Shown here: one piece after another, positions 11,301 to 17,951 of the stretch
Layout of the letters: each line of letters opens with the position of its first letter
Position numbering within the stretch: position 1 is the first letter of the stretch
NCBI GenBank assembly: GCA_015232315.1
Contig: JADFZZ010000006.1
Location: 94,600-158,599 of the forward strand
Source: SAR324 cluster bacterium
GTDB taxonomy: Bacteria > SAR324 > NAC60-12
DNA: 64,000 nucleotides
Direction: 5' to 3'
Notes under the pieces: generated by a model
Seen by the model: the letters and a program-made list of their open reading frames with translations, nothing else
Databases searched by the model: none
Told to the model about the DNA's origin: nothing
Made by a program: the position numbers and the translations under genes

Positions 11301-11606
11301 GGTTTGATCCCTTTTTATTCGGAACAGGTGCATACCGCATTGTTTTATGATTATGCGGTATTTAGTGGGGGGTATACCGCCACAGACATTTATATTGGGG
11401 ATGAATCATTTTTATTACGTGATGACCAGGGGGTGGCCACCCGTCGTGGGACTGGTTTTGAGCTTAAGCTGAGGAGCAAATATGGTTATCGTTTTCCTGT
11501 AGACCTGATTGTCAGGTATTCCTATGCTCCTGATATCAACAATATCGCGGGTATCGACGGCAAGAAGGGCTATCTGCTTGAACTGGATTATGAAACATCG
11601 TTTTAA
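8307..11606 (+). CDS. Large outer-membrane protein: signal peptide, HExxH metallopeptidase-like region, TolB-like beta-propeller repeats, C-terminal beta-barrel
   Basis: ATGA overlap with the cyclase stop (8307-8310). Signal peptide MTTIYRFVWILGIWSVLHG. HEYVH (HExxH) at about residue 140. Repeated propeller-like blades (DVSPDGKFLIGVESGKG, WDHQGKRLVYSLSDRKGD, WEPGDNAILFSSDHTGVSNIYRY). Alternating amphipathic C-terminal strands ending in ...LELDYETSF, an OM beta-barrel terminal Phe signature. Confidence 0.55.
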   Translation: MTTIYRFVWILGIWSVLHGMIPGLIWAEEEGSAKGKLAELEWHTIETRHFFVHYHDDIEELARLCTVYAEESHEILAPLLDWEPQQKTHMIITDILDNQDGNARNLPYPILRIYPYPPTINSAIAEYESSDWLRILILHEYVHILNLDTVAGYSKVVRDWFGRPGIAFNPLAATGFLHLNSPNNFAPPWLTEGLAVYLETELTHSGRGISPKSEMLFRMGTKLNDLISLDQLDFYRLGFPGQHASRYIYGAYFLDYLISERSPEYVGKLNHLLAEWPPYMGIHMLEDESGAYLVAAYERFLEYTRTEHEKRLAILETQSLTQFQGIQTHGFLQRNFALSPDERKMAFVLIDVKGQKHLKLWREYPLTGGYFRELAPAATQDDRWIYTTSQGIPVEEFETLTNQDALSLSWHPSEKYLFYTALSPEGIYSFQELFVYDFKTAKTHQLTTNARIGDVDVSPDGKFLIGVESGKGHQNLVLYELTEIPDSGDKPPFKAMRLDVLTKHQYSRVSQPKWDHQGKRLVYSLSDRKGDTFLPIIDMESRQEIKIISQGHLQSNPVWEPGDNAILFSSDHTGVSNIYRYSLESEVMLPITHVLGGALEPVISRRKERLYFQNFYGEGLELAFIEWKAGQTRSEPLPQITPVWKHQPELAVVRDGSVTQSVTEPQEPYSPWQSMFPQFWFIYAEDAPGGYAWGLITAGVDALEEQGYYGAVTYGEGQPYYRFSYYTDHWYPNLSFSSSLLPQRYSKIPNLRQGWELLQEHVVGISFKLDDWSLGFNYLNTTETPYEDSGFLTEANKRATEKLATAQNPYRSVGDYFKRRTFTGNHQGFNLFSSYSTVSHFPTSISEESGSYFSVGYTHYPTSLGDNPEIKTLAGEDFDAAVLYMENTDPGFSYDQLTPRRAETLASLLHAKEQLVSNEYQLLTTSYGHFFSSPWPRNVFHWNLNGGVGLNGSELSAEFMTRVNIPVRGYKYDLETARQYISQTIEWRMPLGSVFRGIGLIPFYSEQVHTALFYDYAVFSGGYTATDIYIGDESFLLRDDQGVATRRGTGFELKLRSKYGYRFPVDLIVRYSYAPDINNIAGIDGKKGYLLELDYETSF

Positions 11607-11686
11607 TACAGGCTTCAGTTTTGTAAATACTTGTATTATTGTCCATCCCTTTCATGTGTTTTGTTAATTTCTTTAGAGAAAGTAAT

Positions 11687-12376
11687 ATGAAACGATTAAC
11701 TATTCTGGAATGGATCTCATATCTGTCTCTGGCTGGATGCGGGATCTGGATTTTTGTGGCGCCCATTGAATCGGAAATGGGATTTATTCAGAAAATAATG
11801 TATTTGCATTTGCCTTCAGTTCTGGTCACATATCTGGCTTTTTTTGTGGCCTTTGCCTGCAGTATTGCTTATTTGTGGAAACGGGACATTGTTTATGATC
11901 AGGTAGCCCGGTCTTCCGCGGAAGTCGGATTAATTTTTTGCGGGTTGGTTCTGGTAACAGGATCCATCTGGGGAAAACCAACATGGGGCACTTACTGGGT
12001 ATGGGACGCCAGGCTGACCACAACACTCATTCTGTTTATGATTTTTTCAGGTTATTTCCTGCTACGGATGTTTGCGACAGACCACGAACAGCAAGCAAGA
12101 CTTGCTGCAATTCTGGCGATTGTGGGATTTCTTGATATTCCTATCGTTCACCAGTCTGTCAAATGGTGGCGAACATTGCATCAGCCCACGACCTTGTTTA
12201 AAACAGAAAATGGTCAGGCTGCGGCATCTATTCCCAATGAACTGCTGATGCCACTCATGGCCTCGATGCTGGCGGCGTTAGTGTTTTACGTATTTCTGTT
12301 TTTAATGCGGTATGAGGTGGAAAAACGCCATCATGAACTTCAGGAAAAAATTGCGGATCAGCATTTTCATTCATAA
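11687..12376 (+). CDS. ccmC: Cytochrome c-type biogenesis heme exporter protein CcmC
   Basis: Tryptophan-rich WWD motif WGKPTWGTYWVWDARLTTTLILF. Multi-TM protein of ~230 aa. Start moved to the internal ATG at 11687 (MKRLTILEW...) preceded by a weak RBS. The ORF track's 11639 start adds an unlikely N-terminus. Confidence 0.8.
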   Translation: MKRLTILEWISYLSLAGCGIWIFVAPIESEMGFIQKIMYLHLPSVLVTYLAFFVAFACSIAYLWKRDIVYDQVARSSAEVGLIFCGLVLVTGSIWGKPTWGTYWVWDARLTTTLILFMIFSGYFLLRMFATDHEQQARLAAILAIVGFLDIPIVHQSVKWWRTLHQPTTLFKTENGQAAASIPNELLMPLMASMLAALVFYVFLFLMRYEVEKRHHELQEKIADQHFHS

Positions 12377-12396
12377 ACTATTGCCAAGGTGTTTTT

Positions 12397-12546
12397 ATGC
12401 CAATGAATCTCGATTATGTCCTTGCTTCATACGGAATTACATGTGGAGTTTTTTTGATTTACATCGTTGTGATGAAATTAAAATTACGTGAATATAACAA
12501 ACAGATGGGGGCGCACCCTGAATCAGAAAATGGAGACAAATTATGA
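12397..12546 (+). CDS. ccmD: Small single-TM protein, probable heme exporter protein CcmD (49 aa; absent from the ORF track because it is under 60 aa)
   Basis: ORF ATG at 12397, TGA at 12544-12546, translating MPMNLDYVLASYGITCGVFLIYIVVMKLKLREYNKQMGAHPESENGDKL. One hydrophobic helix followed by basic residues. It lies between ccmC and ccmE and overlaps the ccmE start codon (ATGA), the canonical position and size for ccmD. Confidence 0.5.
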   Translation: MPMNLDYVLASYGITCGVFLIYIVVMKLKLREYNKQMGAHPESENGDKL

Positions 12547-12977
12547 AAACAAAATATAAATTTTTAATTGGCGGACTAGTTGTATTCGGCGCGATTGTGG
12601 CACTGTCCATTGTTGGGCTTCAGGAAATGACGGTCTTTTTTTATACACCTCAGGAAATTCTGGCCGCGCCAGATGATTTTCAGGAAAAAACAATTCGAAT
12701 TGGTGCCATGGTGGAGAAGGGATCTATCGATTGGGATGCTGGAAAAATTAAACTGGCATTCAGAATGACAGAAGACTCTCAACATTATATTCCTGTAGTA
12801 TATCATGGGGTCAAACCTGATATGTTCAAAGAAGGACAGGGGGTTGTGGTGCAGGGGCAACTTGAGGGAGATACTTTTTATGCGGATGAATTACTGGTGA
12901 AACATAGCGAAGATTATAAACTCGAAGCGGGTGACCATAAAAATAAACAAGAAATGTACAAATCTTTGATGCAGTAA
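12543..12977 (+). CDS. ccmE: Cytochrome c-type biogenesis protein CcmE (periplasmic heme chaperone)
   Basis: N-terminal TM anchor then an OB-fold region with the conserved FRMTED-like and LVKHSEDY (heme-binding His) segments. 144 aa, typical CcmE size. Confidence 0.85.
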   Translation: MKTKYKFLIGGLVVFGAIVALSIVGLQEMTVFFYTPQEILAAPDDFQEKTIRIGAMVEKGSIDWDAGKIKLAFRMTEDSQHYIPVVYHGVKPDMFKEGQGVVVQGQLEGDTFYADELLVKHSEDYKLEAGDHKNKQEMYKSLMQ

Positions 12978-12992
12978 CCCCGGTCTCTTCTC

Positions 12993-15209
12993 ATGTCTGC
13001 CATTATCCGGGAAATCAAACAGCGTCTTGGGGATTTGCTGGAAACAGATCCCCGAATCCGCAATCGGCTGTTAGCAACAGTTGTTCTGTTGTTTTTGATC
13101 ATTTTTCTTGTTTTTTTTGATATCCAACAGGGATTTTCAGAATGGGAAAATATCAATTCCAAATTGAGCATTTTTGTAGCTCTCAACATCAATCTGGTGT
13201 TGTTGGTTCTGGTATTTTATCTCATTCTCAAAAACATTCTGAAACTGGCCTATGAACGTCACAAGCATGCTATTGGCGTTAATTTAAAAACAAAACTGAT
13301 CATTTCATTTCTCCTCCTCTCATTTCCAGCAACAATTTTCCATTTGTTCGCCAGTGGTTTTATCGCCTCAACACTGGAAAACTGGCTCACTGGTCAGCAT
13401 AAATCCGTCATACATAATGCTCAGAAAGTTGCGGATGCTTATCATCGAAATCTGAAAAACATCATGGATTTACAAGGGTGGGTGGTTGAAGCGAACCTTC
13501 AGCGTCATCCTGAACTTCTGGAATATCCCTCTTCACTGGATCATATTCTTACCAAGGAAATGGGGGAAGGGATTATTCTTTATAATCAGAATCATGAAAT
13601 GATGTATCAGGCATTGCGCAATACAGATTCCCAGAAATACTGGAAACCTTTGTCATCGACAGAATGGGAACAAATTGATATAGCGCCGGTTGCCTGGCTG
13701 GTAGAAGAATTGGAGGATCGGTTTATTTATCGTCATTTAAGAAATATGAAAGTCAGGGAACAGCGTTGGATACTGGAAATATTTCTGCCGGCCACCAAAA
13801 GTGTGACATTGGCCATCAATGAAATTGCTGAACAGGAACAGAATTCCAAGGTGATTTTTGAGTCGGAACAATTGGTCAAACAATACTATGTCATCATCTT
13901 TCTGTTCATGACCTTGTTTATCATTTTTGTGGCAATCTGGCTTGCTTTCTATCTGGCGCGGGGGTTTGTGAATCCCATTGAAAAACTTGCGATCGCGACC
14001 CAGCAGGTTGCTGAGGGGGCGTTGGGATATCAGGTCGAGAAATCAACCATGATGCTTGATCGTGATTTTGAGTTATTGATTGATTCGTTCAACTCCATGA
14101 GTAATCAATTGCTCGAAAATCAGTTGGCGTTAGCTCAGACCACGGAAAATCTTAGAAAAAGCCATATAATTCTTGAAGAACACACACGGTTTGTGGAACT
14201 GGTGCTGGAAAATATAAAAACCGGAGTGATGTCTGTTGATATGGAAGGAAGGGTTAATGGGTTGAACCGGGCGGCATTGTCGTTGCTGGAAGTTAAAATG
14301 AAAGATTATCACAATATCCATTATAGGGATTTATTATCCACGGATGCTCTGGAACCTCTGGATGAAATGTTCCACCAGATTCAGCAACAAACAGATTTCA
14401 CCATATCAAGAAATTTGAGTATGACCAAAAGCGGAGTGCCGGTTCATGTTTCTATGACCGCGTTGATTTTAAAAAATCCGGAAGGTAATACCGAAGGGAT
14501 GATTGCTGTGTTTGAAAATATTACGGAAATACAACGCTTGCAGCGGGCACGAGCATGGCGTGAAGTCGCACGCAGAATTGCTCATGAAATCAAAAATCCT
14601 TTAACCCCCATTCAGCTTTCTGCAGAAAGAATCCGGCATAAATACAGCCGATTGATTGAGGATGGAGATACGCTGGATAAATCAACGAAAACTATTATTC
14701 GGGAAGTAGAACAGCTTAAAAAAATGGTCAGTGAGTTTTCAAAATTCGCACGATTGCCTGAATCTAATCCTCAACAAGACAATCTCAATGACATTATTGA
14801 GGAAACAGTCCAATTGTATCATGCGATTCCACCGGAAATTGTTTTAAAAACCAGACTTTCACCCAAGCTTCCCAGATTTTCCGTGGACCGTGAACAGATC
14901 AAACGTGTGTTTATTAATCTCATTGACAATGCGATTGCCGCTATTGATAAGAGTGGTGAAATTCTGATACAGACAGAATATGATGCTGTGTTTAAAATCG
15001 TTCGCATTGATGTGATTGACTCTGGTCCCGGAATTGATCCTGCCATCCTTAATCGTTTATTTGAACCCTATGCGACCACAAAAAAACATGGGACAGGTTT
15101 GGGGTTAACCATTGCGAGTCAAATTATCTCGGATCATCAGGGATTTATTCGCCACAAAAAACCGAAAAATGGAGGAGCCTGCTTTTCAATTGAACTACCT
15201 GCTGTGTAA
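12993..15209 (+). CDS. NtrY-like sensor histidine kinase (multi-TM N-terminus, HAMP, PAS, HisKA, HATPase_c)
   Basis: H-box HEIKNPLTPIQLSAE, N/G boxes DNAIAAI, DSGPGI and GTGLGLTI. Four N-terminal TM segments and ~740 aa length match the NtrY architecture. No response regulator gene is adjacent. Confidence 0.8.
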   Translation: MSAIIREIKQRLGDLLETDPRIRNRLLATVVLLFLIIFLVFFDIQQGFSEWENINSKLSIFVALNINLVLLVLVFYLILKNILKLAYERHKHAIGVNLKTKLIISFLLLSFPATIFHLFASGFIASTLENWLTGQHKSVIHNAQKVADAYHRNLKNIMDLQGWVVEANLQRHPELLEYPSSLDHILTKEMGEGIILYNQNHEMMYQALRNTDSQKYWKPLSSTEWEQIDIAPVAWLVEELEDRFIYRHLRNMKVREQRWILEIFLPATKSVTLAINEIAEQEQNSKVIFESEQLVKQYYVIIFLFMTLFIIFVAIWLAFYLARGFVNPIEKLAIATQQVAEGALGYQVEKSTMMLDRDFELLIDSFNSMSNQLLENQLALAQTTENLRKSHIILEEHTRFVELVLENIKTGVMSVDMEGRVNGLNRAALSLLEVKMKDYHNIHYRDLLSTDALEPLDEMFHQIQQQTDFTISRNLSMTKSGVPVHVSMTALILKNPEGNTEGMIAVFENITEIQRLQRARAWREVARRIAHEIKNPLTPIQLSAERIRHKYSRLIEDGDTLDKSTKTIIREVEQLKKMVSEFSKFARLPESNPQQDNLNDIIEETVQLYHAIPPEIVLKTRLSPKLPRFSVDREQIKRVFINLIDNAIAAIDKSGEILIQTEYDAVFKIVRIDVIDSGPGIDPAILNRLFEPYATTKKHGTGLGLTIASQIISDHQGFIRHKKPKNGGACFSIELPAV

Positions 15210-16782
15210 GAACCTTGTGCGCCTGATCTTGCTGATAACAGTTGGAAGCTCAATTATATTTTTGTTTGCTGGTAATTCAGCCGGTGCTGATTCAAACTCC
15301 AGAGTCCTTGAAATTGTCGTAACGTCAGACTTACATGGAAATCTGGGGGATGAAACAAATTCATTTTCTCCTGCCGGAATCACGACTCTAGTACCTTTGA
15401 TTCACTCCCTCAGACAAAATAATCCGAATTTAATCCTGCTGGATGCAGGTGATACATTAAATGGTGACAGGCTATCCTATTACATGGATAAGGTGATGGC
15501 TCATCCCGTTCCTCCATGGCCAATCATCCAGCTTATGAACGCTCTTGAGTATGATGCGGTTGTTCCTGGAAATCATGATTTCGATTGGCCTGCTTCCGTT
15601 TTTGTCCGTTCCATCCAAATGTCTCAATTTCCCTGGATTTCAGCCAATATCAAGAATCATTCAATAGAAAACCTGTTTTTAGCCCAATATCGGATTATTC
15701 AACGACAAGGACTAAGGATCGGTATTCTTGGTTTGACAACGCCAGGAGTCCCCTTATGGGTTGATACCTCCAATTTAGGAACATTGGTGGTTGACGACAT
15801 GGTTTCAGCGGCCCGGCATTGGAGTCAGGTTTTAAAACCGCAGGTAGATATTTTGATAGGTTTGTTTCATAGCGGCGAAGAAGCTGATTATGATTATCAG
15901 GAAAGCTTGCTAAAACAGATTCCAATGCCAAATGCATCAGGAATAATCGCGGATTCTATCTCTGATTTTGATCTGATCATTGCAGGACATACGCATAAAA
16001 TATTCCCTCGAACTCAAAAATCGATGCCCGGTTCTTTCATTATGCCGTTGATACTTCCGGGAAGTCATGGCGAAGGACTCATGGATATTCAACTGCACCT
16101 GAAATTCATAAATGGAAGATGGAATGTGACTCAAACAATGGCTGAATTTAAAAGGCCTCTTAAAAAATCTCTCACAGACCAAAGTAATAAAACTCTTGCG
16201 TATCTTGACCCATGGATGAAGGGGGTTAATCAATATTTTGATGCAAAGACTGCAATCCAATTTGTAAAGGATCCTGCAAAAATAGAACTGGAATCCTGTG
16301 GTCGTCAGTTATCGTATGACGCATTGGTTTATTTTGAAGGGAATGGAGATGCCGCGGTGCTTTCAAATTGGAAATGGAACAGGATGCCAAAAAAAATTGC
16401 AGGAATCTACCTTTCCAGAAAACATTTGTTTGATTGGATGCCATACTTTAATAAGATTGTGAGAGCTTCAATTAGTGGGAGTCAACTTACAATGCTGAAA
16501 CGATTGGAGCGGAAAAAGCAAAAACGTCCTGGAAGGCAGATTTATGTTGTTCCAGACCTGGATCAAAAAAAATTGGTTGCTGACCAGTTTTATTCCATAT
16601 GGTTCACCAATTATCACTGGAATGGCGGATCAGGAATTACACTGGAAAGCTTGATTGAACCGGAACAGAAGCGCAATTTGAGTCAGCAGATTCTTCAGGA
16701 ATATATCTTTTATTATCTCCGGAAATTTCCAGAACAATTACCAGAGATTTGTAAAGGTTTTTTGAAATCTGTTGGGGATTAA
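15169..16782 (+). CDS. Secreted bifunctional metallophosphatase / 5'-nucleotidase family protein
   Basis: Calcineurin-like motifs DLHGN, DAGDTLNGD, GNHDFD and GHTHK. Signal-peptide-like LILLITVGSSIIFLFAGNSAGA. Start is uncertain: the ATG at 15169 overlaps the kinase by 41 nt, and a GTG at 15217 is an alternative. Confidence 0.55.
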   Translation: MEEPAFQLNYLLCKNLVRLILLITVGSSIIFLFAGNSAGADSNSRVLEIVVTSDLHGNLGDETNSFSPAGITTLVPLIHSLRQNNPNLILLDAGDTLNGDRLSYYMDKVMAHPVPPWPIIQLMNALEYDAVVPGNHDFDWPASVFVRSIQMSQFPWISANIKNHSIENLFLAQYRIIQRQGLRIGILGLTTPGVPLWVDTSNLGTLVVDDMVSAARHWSQVLKPQVDILIGLFHSGEEADYDYQESLLKQIPMPNASGIIADSISDFDLIIAGHTHKIFPRTQKSMPGSFIMPLILPGSHGEGLMDIQLHLKFINGRWNVTQTMAEFKRPLKKSLTDQSNKTLAYLDPWMKGVNQYFDAKTAIQFVKDPAKIELESCGRQLSYDALVYFEGNGDAAVLSNWKWNRMPKKIAGIYLSRKHLFDWMPYFNKIVRASISGSQLTMLKRLERKKQKRPGRQIYVVPDLDQKKLVADQFYSIWFTNYHWNGGSGITLESLIEPEQKRNLSQQILQEYIFYYLRKFPEQLPEICKGFLKSVGD

Positions 16783-17870
16783 GGATGTGTTTGTTGTTTG
16801 ACAAAGTTATGAAGCCATGTTTTAGAACACAGGTTGGGATCCTGACTCCATTGATAGAATAATTCCTTTAGCGCTGTCCATTGGCTCAAAGCTGGATGAT
16901 TTGAGAGAAGTTGGAAAATATCATGGATCGTTCCGGGAATGGCATCCAGAAAATAAAATTTCCCTTTTTGCGACGGAAGAAAACCATACGTGCCAAGGGA
17001 ACGTAACCGTCGAATCAATACAAAATTATAAAGAGTCTCTGTAAATTCAGCGTGAGACGGTTTCATCGTAGACGGAAGTTCATCCAGATATGTTTCAATT
17101 AATAGTTGTCGGAGCGGTTCGTTCAATCGAGCTTTGGAGGCATAAAGCATGGTGGCAACATCATAATGAATTGCACCGGGGCATCCAGATTGATAATCAA
17201 TAAAACAGGGGTGATTCTTTTTCCACATGATATTTCTGGACTGGAAATCCCGATATACAAAGGATTGGCGTTCAATCTTGTCCAGTTGTAAAGCCAGTTG
17301 CTCCAGTTCCTGTTGAATCATGCCTGATTTGGGGTAATTGCTGGCAAACAGATTCCAGAAATATTGCTCAAAATACCTCAAGTCTGTCATAAAAGTATTG
17401 TAATCCAGGATTTTATCCATATAGCAAAATTGATAATCAAGCCCTTGATGACCCTGCAATTGAAGCTTCGGAAGCCAGTGTATGACCTGATGGTAATAAT
17501 TCTGGATCAGTTTGGCATCCTGTGGATTGTCGGGATCAAGTGGTTGAAGCATATCCGCCAGAGTGATGTCACCCAGATCTTCAAGCAGATAACAGCCATG
17601 ATTTAGATCCGTTTGATAAATATCTGGTACAGGAATGCCATATTGGGCAAAGTGACGCGATAACAGAATAAAAGCTTCATTTTCCAAACGATGTGAGTTG
17701 GTCACACCGACAAAAGAAAAACCATCAGGACGAAAGAAACGATAAATCTCTCTATCTGAACCATCTCCCTTCAGTGGCTTGGGATCGGATATTTGGGAGC
17801 CAAAATGTTGTTTTGCCAAGTTTGTTAAAGATTGTAGCATTATTCGGTTCTCAGCAAGTAATGTAGTCAA
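16779..17870 (-). CDS. Aminoglycoside-phosphotransferase-fold (APH/choline-kinase family) kinase, possibly an AmgK-like sugar kinase
   Basis: Brenner-type catalytic motif region HYDVATMLY and DYQSGCPG within a 363-aa protein. Fold assignment only; substrate not inferable. Confidence 0.55.
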   Translation of the reverse strand: MTTLLAENRIMLQSLTNLAKQHFGSQISDPKPLKGDGSDREIYRFFRPDGFSFVGVTNSHRLENEAFILLSRHFAQYGIPVPDIYQTDLNHGCYLLEDLGDITLADMLQPLDPDNPQDAKLIQNYYHQVIHWLPKLQLQGHQGLDYQFCYMDKILDYNTFMTDLRYFEQYFWNLFASNYPKSGMIQQELEQLALQLDKIERQSFVYRDFQSRNIMWKKNHPCFIDYQSGCPGAIHYDVATMLYASKARLNEPLRQLLIETYLDELPSTMKPSHAEFTETLYNFVLIRRLRSLGTYGFLPSQKGKFYFLDAIPGTIHDIFQLLSNHPALSQWTALKELFYQWSQDPNLCSKTWLHNFVKQQTHP

Positions 17871-17951
17871 ATATTTTATAATTGTGTTTCTCTGATGTGC
17901 GGTTTTTCCAGACTACTAACCAGAAATTCTTTTGCAAGGCCGCATGATTCC

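Noticed and set aside
11639-11686. Upstream extension of ccmC ORF starting at 11639 (MSIPFMCFVNFFRESN...)
   Set aside because: The extension adds a non-conserved-looking N-terminus. The internal ATG at 11687 gives the canonical CcmC N-terminus (MKRLTILEW...) and has a purine-rich RBS-like tract upstream.
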